A stretch of 64,000 nt of DNA, from positions 180,583 to 244,582 of the forward strand of contig NZ_JAVKCH010000036.1 in the NCBI RefSeq assembly GCF_040222815.1, in the 5' to 3' direction. This document shows positions 36,372 to 45,581 of this stretch, one piece after another. Source of the DNA: Imperialibacter sp. (lineage in GTDB: Bacteria; Bacteroidota; Bacteroidia; Cytophagales; Cyclobacteriaceae). Position 1 is the first letter of the stretch, and every line of letters begins with the position of its first letter. The notes beneath the pieces are model-generated. The model was not told where the DNA came from. It saw only the letters and a program-made list of their open reading frames with translations, and did not search any database. The translations under genes and the position numbers were made by a program.

Positions 36372-37022
36372 TTATAATTCTATGATATTGTTTTTGATAG
36401 CATACTTCACCAGATCGGCGTTGGAAGAAAAGCCTAGCTTGTCGAAAATAGCTTTTTTATGGTGCTCAATGGTCTTCTTGCTGATGTGTAGATGGTCTTC
36501 AATTTCCTTGAAACTCATGCCATTGGCAAAGCAGCGGAGCACTTCCAGTTCTCTCTCTGTTACAGTGCTTGCATCAGTTTGGAGGTGCAGCTGTGAGATA
36601 TATTGCTGGAAAATGCCCTGTGCGAGCCCCTCCGGAAAGTAGAACTGCCCCTGATCCACCTTTCTAACTGCATCGAGCACCTCCGTTTTCGGGGCGCTTT
36701 TGGGCACAAAGCCTTTTCCGCCAGCTTTCAGGCTCTGTTCAATATAGGCCTGTCCCTCATTTCCTGAGAGAAAGATGATCTTAAGTTTTGGGTATTCCTT
36801 CAACAACTGCCTGCTGAGGTCAATACCCGACTGCTGGGGCAGGCCGATGTCCATCAGTAAGATGTCCGCCTCGTGCTGGCTCAGCAGCTGATGCAGCTCC
36901 CTGGGCGAGGAGGCTGCCGCCAGCACTTCCACGTCGGACTGCATTTTCAGAAAGAGCGACAAACCGTCCCTGAACAGCTCGTGGTCGTCGATCATCAGTA
37001 GTCGAATCTTTCCTGACGTCAT
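36372..37022 (-). CDS. NarL/LuxR family response regulator
   Basis: MIDDHELFRDGL; LLMDIGLP; VTERELEVL...TIEHHKKAIFDKLG HTH. Confidence 0.92.
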   Translation of the reverse strand: MTSGKIRLLMIDDHELFRDGLSLFLKMQSDVEVLAAASSPRELHQLLSQHEADILLMDIGLPQQSGIDLSRQLLKEYPKLKIIFLSGNEGQAYIEQSLKAGGKGFVPKSAPKTEVLDAVRKVDQGQFYFPEGLAQGIFQQYISQLHLQTDASTVTERELEVLRCFANGMSFKEIEDHLHISKKTIEHHKKAIFDKLGFSSNADLVKYAIKNNIIEL

Positions 37023-39013
37023 CAGGCAGCTTTCTTAAGTTGTTTGCCAGTCATGCGGATTGTGAACGTTGTGCCCTTTCCCAATTCACTGGTTAGCGAA
37101 AGTACGCCTCCCAGCTTTTCTATCATTTCTTTCACTAAAACAAGCCCCAGCCCTGTTCCCTTTTCTGTTGAGTTGCCAATCGACTTTTTGTCCGATTCCA
37201 GAGTGAAAAGTTTGTGGAAGTCGTCACTTGCTATCCCGATTCCTGAGTCTTCCACTTCTATGATCACATTATTGTCAATAACATTGGCCCGCAGCCAGAT
37301 GATCCCCTCTGCCGGTGTGAACTTGATAGCGTTAGAAATAAGGTTACGCAAAACGGTTTGCAGGTACTCTTTGTCAGTCTCCAGGTGGATCGGCGCTTCA
37401 ATTTCAATGTAAATGTTTTGTCGCTTCACCTCCAGGTTGAGCTGAAAGAAACTCCTCAATTTTTCAGCCATGTCCCGCAGCTCAAATACTTCCGTTTTTA
37501 AGCTTCTTTCGGAAATTTGGTGCAACGACCATTCGAGCAGGTTTTTCATTTGATCCTCCAACGATTTGGCAGCGGTTTCCAGCTTTGTAAGATACCTTTT
37601 TATGTCATCGGGGCTAATCTGCTCATAGTATTGATTCAGGGTGCTGGTGACGGTGTGAAACGACGACAGCGGGCTTTTCAAGTCGTGGGAAACAATAGCA
37701 AACAGACGGTCTTTGACCTGATTCAGGCTTTGCAACTCCTTATTTTTAGCGTCCAGCATCCCGGCTGTCTTTTGTTTTAGCCGGTAGCGGCTGTAGAGGA
37801 TTGCGGCAGCCAGCATGAGCAGGATAACTATGGCAATGAGGAACAACCTGAACAGTTTCGAGCGCTCTGCTTCAAGATCTTTGATGGTGTGGGCTTGCTC
37901 CAGTTCCAGAATTTTTTGCTCCTTGATCTCTCCCTGGTATTTTTTCTCAAGATCCAGCACCAGATTCTTTCTTTCTAACTCGTCGAAATGCACTTTGGAA
38001 TCCATATACTTCCTCATATGGACGTATGCGGCACCCATGTTTCCTTTCACAGAATCGGCAATAGCCTGCGAAAGATATACGCCTGTAACCGCCCTGTAAT
38101 CGCCATGATTGGGCACAAGCAAAAAAACGGAGTCGAGGTACTGGTAAGCAAGGGCCGCTTTTTTCTGTTGAAGGTAGATCTCTGCTAAATTTTTGCACAC
38201 ATTGATCAACTCAAAACCTCTCTGCAGTTCTTTTTCCAGCCGAAGCGCCCTTAGGGCATAGAATTCAGCCTTTTTGAGGTCAAGCAGTCGCAGGTAGCTT
38301 ATTGACAGATTGTTGTAGCAGGTGGCAAGGTTTCTGTTGTCCGGCAAACTATCAAGGTGCTGCAGGTTTTTTAATTCATACATCAAAGCAGAATCAAGCT
38401 CGTTTCTGTCTCTGTAAATATTACTGATATTAGTAAGAGTTGTGGACAGGCTGGTGAACTGCCTGTATTGTATTTTCGCATCTAGCGATTTTTTGTAGTA
38501 GTAGAGTGCTTCCTCAGTTGACCCAAGGTCAGTAAGCACCAGCCCCAGGTTGTTATAGGTTGACGTAATGCCAGGGTCTTGATGCCTCTCCCGGATTTCC
38601 AGTGCTTTTTTATGAAACTCAAAGGCTTTTTCATACTGGCTCAGGAAATAGTGAGCAACTCCCATGTTGTTGTAGTTTTTTGAAAGGTTCTCGTCGTCCT
38701 GTAGCCTGCTGAATATCTCTGATGACCTGGTAAAGTATTGAATGGCGGTGTCATAATTCGATTTGAAATAGTAGGCATTGCCCATGTAGTTATAGGCCTT
38801 TCCTTTGATGCTGTCGTTGCTGGCGGCAAAATAGGGGGGTAAAAGCATAATTGCCGAGTCGGGCTGGGACCGGAGCATGCTGAATATTTTTTCAAGCGGG
38901 TAAAGGGGTATGTCCTGGTTCGCTTTCGGGCTTTGCGAAAAACTGCTGTGAAACACAAAAAGCAGCAACACACAGGCACCCCGGTTATATCGACTGATAA
39001 AGTTGGTATACAT
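37022..39013 (-). CDS. Sensor histidine kinase with periplasmic TPR repeats
   Basis: TPR motifs YNNMGVAHY and YNNLGLV; one TM; AIVSHDLKSPL H-box; NLISNAIKFT, DSGIGI, GTGLGL; TGATG overlap with the regulator. Confidence 0.92.
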   Translation of the reverse strand: MYTNFISRYNRGACVLLLFVFHSSFSQSPKANQDIPLYPLEKIFSMLRSQPDSAIMLLPPYFAASNDSIKGKAYNYMGNAYYFKSNYDTAIQYFTRSSEIFSRLQDDENLSKNYNNMGVAHYFLSQYEKAFEFHKKALEIRERHQDPGITSTYNNLGLVLTDLGSTEEALYYYKKSLDAKIQYRQFTSLSTTLTNISNIYRDRNELDSALMYELKNLQHLDSLPDNRNLATCYNNLSISYLRLLDLKKAEFYALRALRLEKELQRGFELINVCKNLAEIYLQQKKAALAYQYLDSVFLLVPNHGDYRAVTGVYLSQAIADSVKGNMGAAYVHMRKYMDSKVHFDELERKNLVLDLEKKYQGEIKEQKILELEQAHTIKDLEAERSKLFRLFLIAIVILLMLAAAILYSRYRLKQKTAGMLDAKNKELQSLNQVKDRLFAIVSHDLKSPLSSFHTVTSTLNQYYEQISPDDIKRYLTKLETAAKSLEDQMKNLLEWSLHQISERSLKTEVFELRDMAEKLRSFFQLNLEVKRQNIYIEIEAPIHLETDKEYLQTVLRNLISNAIKFTPAEGIIWLRANVIDNNVIIEVEDSGIGIASDDFHKLFTLESDKKSIGNSTEKGTGLGLVLVKEMIEKLGGVLSLTSELGKGTTFTIRMTGKQLKKAA

Positions 39014-39246
39014 GTGAGTTGATGGTCTATTAATGCTCTAAAATATCCAAAATAAACAATCGATCAATACACTGTCTCCATTAAATCATTCCTCTAGCCG
39101 GTGGCTATCGAGCCCCGGCTATGGACAAGACTTTTTTAATCGTAAATTCAGCTCGTGAGGTAGTTTCAAAAAAGACGGAACACCATCATTGCTTAGTTGA
39201 AGTTTTAGTCCCGAAAAAGGGTTTCAATCGGATAATCAAGAGTAGT

Positions 39247-40077
39247 ATGAAAATACTTGTCACATACGGAAGCACGAGCGTAAAGCAGGGGGTGTTTGTT
39301 TTCGCTTTTTTATTACTGGTAAACTGCAACATTTTTGCGCAAGCAAATCCTCAACCCTTTCCCTGGCCCGATGGCAAGCAATGCGCCGTTAGCCTGACCT
39401 TCGACGACGCCCGTGCCAGTCAGGTGAATGGGGGCACAGCGCTGTTGGATGCATACGGAGTGAAGGCCACTTTTTACGTGGTGCCCTCAGCGGTAAAAGG
39501 CCAATTGGAAGGTTGGAAAAAGGCGGTGGCCTCGGGTCATGAAATAGGCAACCATTCTCTGAATCATCCTTGCTCCGGCAATTTTGTGTGGTCTCGTTCC
39601 AAAGCCCTGGAAGAGTATACGCTGGAGAAAATGGGGGCGGAGCTCATAGAGGCGAACAAGCAAATCAAAGAGATGCTTGGCGTCGACTGCAAGGTGTTCG
39701 CTTACCCCTGTGGCCAGACTTTCGTTGGCAGGGGCGAGGGCACCCAAAGCTATGTGCCCATAGTGGCAAAAATGTTTGATAACAGCCGGGGCTGGATGGA
39801 CGAAGCGGCTAATGACCCTTCCTACGTTGACTTTGCACAGCTCACTGGCGTGGAGAGCGACGGCAAAGACTTCGATAAAATCCTTTCATTGATCGAACAG
39901 GCCAAAAGATCGGGACAGTGGCTTGTGCTGGCGGGACATGAAATGGGCGAGGGCGGTGACCAAACCACCCGCCTGGTCATGCTGGAAGAGCTGATGAAAT
40001 ATGCTGCTAACCCCGCTAACGGTATTTGGCTGGCGCCGGTGGGCACAGTGGCCAACTATGTGGCCGCTAAGCGATAA
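39247..40077 (+). CDS. Polysaccharide deacetylase (NodB/CE4) family protein
   Basis: SLTFDDA; GHEIGNHSLNHP; FAYPCG; LVLAGHE. Start uncertain. Confidence 0.85.
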   Translation: MKILVTYGSTSVKQGVFVFAFLLLVNCNIFAQANPQPFPWPDGKQCAVSLTFDDARASQVNGGTALLDAYGVKATFYVVPSAVKGQLEGWKKAVASGHEIGNHSLNHPCSGNFVWSRSKALEEYTLEKMGAELIEANKQIKEMLGVDCKVFAYPCGQTFVGRGEGTQSYVPIVAKMFDNSRGWMDEAANDPSYVDFAQLTGVESDGKDFDKILSLIEQAKRSGQWLVLAGHEMGEGGDQTTRLVMLEELMKYAANPANGIWLAPVGTVANYVAAKR

Positions 40078-40082
40078 AAAAA

Positions 40083-40117
40083 CCTAACCAGCCCAGGTGC
40101 TGGCCGGGCTGATTAGG
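40083..40117. terminator. Hairpin between convergent genes
   Basis: CCTAA(C)CAGCCC...GGGCTG(A)TTAGG. Confidence 0.5.
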
Positions 40118-40143
40118 GCTCCCTTTTTAATTACATCGTGTAA

Positions 40144-40770
40144 TTAATCTTCAAAAAACCGGACAATTCCGGTTTCTACGTCGTACATACCACCAACGAT
40201 GCCGATTTCACCCTTGTCGAACATCTCTTTCAAAATGGGGCTTCTATCCTTTACATTCTTCATTGTCATTCTCACATTCATCGCAGCCACATTTTCCACG
40301 AATTCGGAATTGCCTGAATTTCTGTTCTCCGCAGGTTCTTTAACAGCGTCTGCAGCAGGCTTGAGTTTGCTCATGAGCGCAGTCAGGTTGCCCATGGTCA
40401 CATTATCGCATACGCCTTTGATGGCTCCGCATTTGCTATGGCCCAGTACCACAACGAGCTTTGATCCTGCTATTTTGCAGGCAAACTCCATGCTGCCCAA
40501 TATGTCTTCGTTGACAAAGTTGCCTGCTATCCGCACGCTGAAGATGTCGCCCAGCCCCTGGTCGAAGACCAACTCGGCTGATACCCGGGAGTCGATACAG
40601 CTAAGAATAACAGCAAAAGGCCACTGTCCCTCACTGGTGTCGTTCACCTGCTCCAGCAGGTTGCGGTTGGCTTTGAGGTTATTTTGAAATCGTTGATTTC
40701 CTTCTTTGAGAAAGGCCAGCGCTTTTGCTGGCGTCATTGTGCTTTGGGTTTCTTTTGTATGTGCTTTCAC
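40144..40770 (-). CDS. Beta-class carbonic anhydrase
   Basis: Zn ligands in LSCIDSRV and LGHSKCGA. Confidence 0.93.
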   Translation of the reverse strand: MKAHTKETQSTMTPAKALAFLKEGNQRFQNNLKANRNLLEQVNDTSEGQWPFAVILSCIDSRVSAELVFDQGLGDIFSVRIAGNFVNEDILGSMEFACKIAGSKLVVVLGHSKCGAIKGVCDNVTMGNLTALMSKLKPAADAVKEPAENRNSGNSEFVENVAAMNVRMTMKNVKDRSPILKEMFDKGEIGIVGGMYDVETGIVRFFED

Positions 40771-40978
40771 AGTGTTTTACCTGTTAGTGTTAATTAAATA
40801 TATGTGGTGCCTCAGTGTAGCACCTGAAGCAAATCAAAATCAGTCAAATTGGTCACCTGGTCGGCGACCCCGGAAACCTGATACCTTTGAAGCATGTTAC
40901 TTAAATTGCCAGCTATGGAGGCACTTTAAGTGATGCGTTTTGCAGAGGATAAAGGTAATCTGATATCGCTACAAATTT

Positions 40979-41326
40979 TTAGAAAACTGCCAGAGGGGCG
41001 GCGAGCAGAAGTAATTGAGGAGGAGGTGATATTACCTCGAAATGCAAATTTGCTTTTATGAACATGTTGTAGAAAAACTGCTGACCACGTCGCAAAAATA
41101 GCTCTGGGTAAAGGTCAAACTGGTGTGCAGCGAAAAACTTTTCTACTTCTTCGCTACTGTCATCAGCTTTCTCTTCTTCGCCACTTTCGGTTCCTCCCAA
41201 TTCTGCTAATTCGATGTCCTCCAGTAGAGCACTGTTGTTGTCGAAAACAAACAAGACAAATTGGGCCTCAGTCGCTATGAAAAGGCTTAGCAAAGTAATC
41301 GCTAGTATTTTAAACAGAAATCTCAT
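40979..41326 (-). CDS. Small hypothetical protein with signal/TM segment, acidic linker and C-terminal SPPP
   Basis: MRFLFKILAITLLSLF...EEEKADDSSEEVEK...FEVISPPPQ. Confidence 0.6.
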   Translation of the reverse strand: MRFLFKILAITLLSLFIATEAQFVLFVFDNNSALLEDIELAELGGTESGEEEKADDSSEEVEKFFAAHQFDLYPELFLRRGQQFFYNMFIKANLHFEVISPPPQLLLLAAPLAVF

Positions 41327-41440
41327 TTCGACCGCCACTTAGAATTAGTGAACATGGTCAAAAATAATGATAATTTGAAATTCAACCCTACCAATATGGT
41401 GTTGCTTTTAGTTCTAATCAAATTTTAATTGGTAGGCTCC

Positions 41441-42322
41441 TTACGAAAGAAGTGCTCTTGGCTCAGCAATGATGTCTGACAGCACCTCATTGGCCTTCAC
41501 AATGAACTCAGTGCGCTTGGTTACCTGACCGACTGGTAGGGGGAGCACAATGTAGACTGTCATGATGGCTCCGTCAGCCTGTAGCTGCATTTTTGGGGTC
41601 GATTTGTCCTTTACAACCGCCTTTGCCAGTTCATCAATTTTGTCCATTCTGGCCTGGATATCGGCCGGGATGGTTTTGATAGGGAACTTTACCGTATGCA
41701 TTACCCTGTTTTTCCCCATGTTGATAATGGCTTTGCTGAGCAGTGTATTGTTCGGTACTTTAATGAAATCTATGGCTCCGGGATTCTGTAAAGTCACAAA
41801 GAAAGTGCCGATGCGTTCAACAGTGCCGGCCTCATCACCAATTTTTACATAGTCGCCTATTCGAAAAGGGTGCTTGGTGAGAATGATGAACCAGGTAAAG
41901 TAGGAGTTGATAACATCCCGCACCGCAAAGGCCACACCCGTAGTAATAAGGCCCAGAAAGATAGTGATGTTGCCTATTTCAAGCCCCATTCTCCAGAACA
42001 CCACCGCTGCTACGAGAAGGTACAGTGTGGTCGAGTAGATTTTTGTGAAAAGAATGCGTTGTTCGATGTCTACCTCATCGTCATTGAACCGAAAGACCCT
42101 GTTTTCGGTAAACCTCAATATGATAGTTACGGTAATCAGTGCACCCACGGCCCACAACACCACGTCCAACAGCTTGTCGAGGTAGCTTGGAATGGTGATG
42201 TATCGTTCACTATCAGCCCATTTTAGGCCTTCTTCAATGCCTAGAAAAATGAGCAGGAAGAAGATTCGGCGCAGCAGTCGAAAATTCCTTAGTTTCTTAA
42301 AATCCACAAATCGTTTGGCCAT
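41441..42322 (-). CDS. MscS-family mechanosensitive channel
   Basis: LGLITTGVAFAVRDVINS; HPFRIGDYVKIG..GTVERIG; KVPNNTL. Confidence 0.9.
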   Translation of the reverse strand: MAKRFVDFKKLRNFRLLRRIFFLLIFLGIEEGLKWADSERYITIPSYLDKLLDVVLWAVGALITVTIILRFTENRVFRFNDDEVDIEQRILFTKIYSTTLYLLVAAVVFWRMGLEIGNITIFLGLITTGVAFAVRDVINSYFTWFIILTKHPFRIGDYVKIGDEAGTVERIGTFFVTLQNPGAIDFIKVPNNTLLSKAIINMGKNRVMHTVKFPIKTIPADIQARMDKIDELAKAVVKDKSTPKMQLQADGAIMTVYIVLPLPVGQVTKRTEFIVKANEVLSDIIAEPRALLS

Positions 42323-42345
42323 GGGGTGATGTGTTGATGGCGGTG

Positions 42346-42376
42346 CAAATCTATAGAAGAACTTGGGTTATTTAAA
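42346..42376 (-). promoter_or_regulatory. Bacteroidota housekeeping promoter of the mscS-like gene
   Basis: Minus strand: TTTA, 19-nt spacer, TAGATTTG, ending 23 nt upstream of the ATG. Confidence 0.6.
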
Positions 42377-42422
42377 GGAAAGAAACCGACCAGTTGGGCA
42401 CATCGAAATATCGCACAAGCAT

Positions 42423-43580
42423 TTACTTCACTATCTTCCTGGGAATTGCCGCCGGCAACCTGCTGAGCATTTCGTTGTTGATTAGCTGGGTCACGTTCGT
42501 AAAAGAGCTGATATTGATGGTGTTGTTGTTCTGCCGACCTACGAGCACCACCTCGTCGCCCACTTCTACGCCAGGTATATGGGATACGTCCACCATGAAC
42601 AGGTTCATGTTGATCAGGCCTACTATTGGAGCTTTTTTTCCGTGAATGAGTACGTGCCCCCGGTTCGAGAGCGCCCTGGGGTAGCCGTTGGAATAACCTA
42701 AAGGCATTACTGCTATTTTCATTTTCTGTGTTGCCTGATAGGAAGTGCCATATCCGATAAACTCGCCGGGGTCAACATCCCTCACGTCCATTACATCAGT
42801 TTTCCAATTGAAAATCCTTTTCAGGGCTCCATCGGACGGCTTGCCTGTTTCCTGCAAGTGGGTGTAGTAAATATCCGGACTGGGCCAAAAACCATACTGA
42901 GCCACGCCAATCCTCACCATATCATATACTGTGTCGGGCATGGCCAACGCAGCAGCAGAGCAGGCAATGTGGCGGTATTCGGGCATTGTACCTTTTTGTT
43001 TACACTCCTTGAGGAAATCCTTGTACCGTTTGTGTTGCGAAGTGATTTTGAACTGGTTGGAGAAGCTCTCGGCACCCCCGAAATGCGTGCAGAGGCCAGT
43101 GAATTCAATATGTTGGGTATTCTTTTTCAAAAAACTCAGTGTTTTAGGAAATTCTTTGGCGTTCATACCGGTCCTGTTGGCACCTGTTTCCACTTCAATA
43201 TGCACCCGTGCTTGCTTACCAACTTTCCTGGCTGTTTCCAACACCAGTGGTAGCCTGGCGTAGTTGAAAACAAAAAATTCAATATCGTTTTCAATGGCCC
43301 ATTCAATATCCTGATCGTACAGTATGCCCATGATCATGATACCTCCTTTTTCCGACTTGGCTGCCAATACTTCCTCGGCTTCAAAAGCCGATGCCGTAGC
43401 AAAATGATCTACGCCAGCTTTCTCAGCCATTTTCACAAATTGTGCTATACCATGGCCATAGGCATTGGCTTTCACCACCGAGGAAATCCTCACATCTGGA
43501 CCAATTTTCTTTCTGATGAAATTGATGTTTTTCACCAGAGAAGACTGGCTGAGCTCTATTCTTGACGAGTGCCTTACCAT
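42423..43580 (-). CDS. alr: Alanine racemase family PLP-dependent amino-acid racemase
   Basis: VVKANAYGHG (PLP lysine); GLCTHFG; MVRIGVAQYG; IGYGTSY; PLGYSNGY; 7-nt overlap with the upstream gene. Confidence 0.88.
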   Translation of the reverse strand: MVRHSSRIELSQSSLVKNINFIRKKIGPDVRISSVVKANAYGHGIAQFVKMAEKAGVDHFATASAFEAEEVLAAKSEKGGIMIMGILYDQDIEWAIENDIEFFVFNYARLPLVLETARKVGKQARVHIEVETGANRTGMNAKEFPKTLSFLKKNTQHIEFTGLCTHFGGAESFSNQFKITSQHKRYKDFLKECKQKGTMPEYRHIACSAAALAMPDTVYDMVRIGVAQYGFWPSPDIYYTHLQETGKPSDGALKRIFNWKTDVMDVRDVDPGEFIGYGTSYQATQKMKIAVMPLGYSNGYPRALSNRGHVLIHGKKAPIVGLINMNLFMVDVSHIPGVEVGDEVVLVGRQNNNTINISSFTNVTQLINNEMLSRLPAAIPRKIVK

Positions 43581-45562
43581 AGTTTAGTTTGTTGATTCCA
43601 GACATATGATTTTCCCCAGCTTTCCTTGGCCAGGGGCTCTACTTTCCTGATTTCCTCTTGTGGCACCAGGCTCAACCAGCTTTTTACATCCAGGGCGCTG
43701 TAGTGGAAGGCGTACACCCTGGCAACGAACTGATAAAACGGCAGCGATGATTCCCCGGGCTTCTCACCATTTCCAAACACTGTGGGTTTAATTCCCTGGC
43801 CCCAATCCTGCCGCCCCTCATTGTTGGGGTTGAGAAAGTAGGCCCTCATTTCTCCTTTTTTGTTTTTGTCTACACGGAGTAGAGAGATGGCATGAAGCCC
43901 CACCATCACTCCTTTGTTGGTAGTGAGAAAAATGCCTACTGGGTTGGGGTACACCATTTGGTGCTGACCGTTGAAGTCGGGGTGGAAAGCAGCGTAAAAG
44001 ATTTTGACAAAACCTGCATAGTCAACGATCGAATTGCTCGGGTAGTCATAACACGAAGCAAAGCCCACGTGCACCCACTGCCCATACATGGCCGGGTTTA
44101 CCCATTTGTGCGGATCTTCACCACGAAATGACGAACGCCTCATCATCTCATTGTAGATTTTATCCAAATGAGGCACAAGCACTACCGACACCACATCAAG
44201 GTTGTGGTCCAGGTTGTCAAGCAGCCCTTTCCCCAGCTGGTTAGAGGTCAGGTCCTGGTTTTCAAAGCGCATGATGAGGTCATTTTGGGTCGCCACAGTA
44301 ATGATCATATCGATGAGCATTGCCGGGGCATGCTGGCTCCACATGCTAATGCCCCTGGCCGATTGGCAGGTGGGGTTGTTGCCCTGCCCCACGCCAAGGT
44401 GCTGCCCCAGCACTTTAATGGTGCCGCCTATCAGGTACTGTAGCACAGTTACATCAGCGTCTTTGTTGATCAGCGACTTGCTGATCCGCTTCTCCACCAT
44501 GCTGTGGATTTTGACTTTGCGGAGGTTTTCGAGTCCCACCCTAACAGGCCGCCTGGAAAACAAGCTTTTCCCCAGCATTCGGGCTAAGCCATAAATGCAC
44601 TGGCAATTGTCGGGGCTGACTGTTTCGTTGATCAGGGTGGAAATCAACCCATGAAATTTCTCCCACTCGGCCACTCCACGGTCGTTGAGGTGGAGGCAAA
44701 CAGGAACCAGGTCTTCATAGTCAGCAACGAGCTTTTTGAGTAGCAGAGAGTGGTAGCCACTCACCAGGCCAGTGGCGTTCATATGGTCGCCCATGGCTCT
44801 GGCCTCCCTTTCCAAAGTGGCCACGCTGCTTTCCGAAAGGAAATGCTCGTAATCCTTGAGGCTGGCATTGTTTCTTGCTCCTTCAGAAGGAGCATAGATA
44901 GCGTTGATGTACAGCCGAACCGACCGATCCGTTTCGGAGTCTCCTGTGGTATCGAAACGCTCGTTAACCAATCGGATGAGCTCTCTGGCTTTGCGGGTCA
45001 TGATGGGCCGTTGAGCGCAGATGAGTCGGATTTCCTCGGCGAGCTTTTCATACACGCCCTGCAGGTCGATTTCTGAGACGATGAAGCCGAAGAGATTGAA
45101 CGCCTTTTTCAACTCTCTCACAGGCATGGCCAAACGGGTTTCTTCTGAAACATCCTGATGGGCAAACTCAAGATTGTGCACCATCACCTCTTCCAAAAAG
45201 CTTTGAGCGTCTTTCTGCGCTATCTTATCGCTTTTTTCAATGCCGGTTGCAAAAGCTAACAGCCGCAGCTCAGAGAGAATCTCAAAGCTGGAGGTAGGGT
45301 GGCCGACTTTCAGGGTGCCCTTCACCAGCAGAGGAATGAGCTTGTCGGGCTCGCTCCATACTGTGTTGTTGAAAATGCCCGCACGGTCGAGCTCACCGAT
45401 TTTTTGAAGCAGGTAGACCAGCCCATTCCTGGATTGACTGAGTATATCTACCTGACTCGCCAGCTTGGCAGCTTTCTCCTGCTTGGTTAACTCAATTGAC
45501 TCTTTAAACTCTTCTAAACTCTTTTCAAAATTTTGAAATATCCTGTCGGATGCTATTTCCAT
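43574..45562 (-). CDS. Uncharacterised 662-aa protein with a C-terminal papain-like catalytic motif set
   Basis: GQGNNPTCQS, VGLHAISLLRV, YFLNPNN; no signal peptide. Confidence 0.75.
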   Translation of the reverse strand: MEIASDRIFQNFEKSLEEFKESIELTKQEKAAKLASQVDILSQSRNGLVYLLQKIGELDRAGIFNNTVWSEPDKLIPLLVKGTLKVGHPTSSFEILSELRLLAFATGIEKSDKIAQKDAQSFLEEVMVHNLEFAHQDVSEETRLAMPVRELKKAFNLFGFIVSEIDLQGVYEKLAEEIRLICAQRPIMTRKARELIRLVNERFDTTGDSETDRSVRLYINAIYAPSEGARNNASLKDYEHFLSESSVATLEREARAMGDHMNATGLVSGYHSLLLKKLVADYEDLVPVCLHLNDRGVAEWEKFHGLISTLINETVSPDNCQCIYGLARMLGKSLFSRRPVRVGLENLRKVKIHSMVEKRISKSLINKDADVTVLQYLIGGTIKVLGQHLGVGQGNNPTCQSARGISMWSQHAPAMLIDMIITVATQNDLIMRFENQDLTSNQLGKGLLDNLDHNLDVVSVVLVPHLDKIYNEMMRRSSFRGEDPHKWVNPAMYGQWVHVGFASCYDYPSNSIVDYAGFVKIFYAAFHPDFNGQHQMVYPNPVGIFLTTNKGVMVGLHAISLLRVDKNKKGEMRAYFLNPNNEGRQDWGQGIKPTVFGNGEKPGESSLPFYQFVARVYAFHYSALDVKSWLSLVPQEEIRKVEPLAKESWGKSYVWNQQTKLW

Positions 45563-45581
45563 AAGGGTGGTTTACCTTCGC

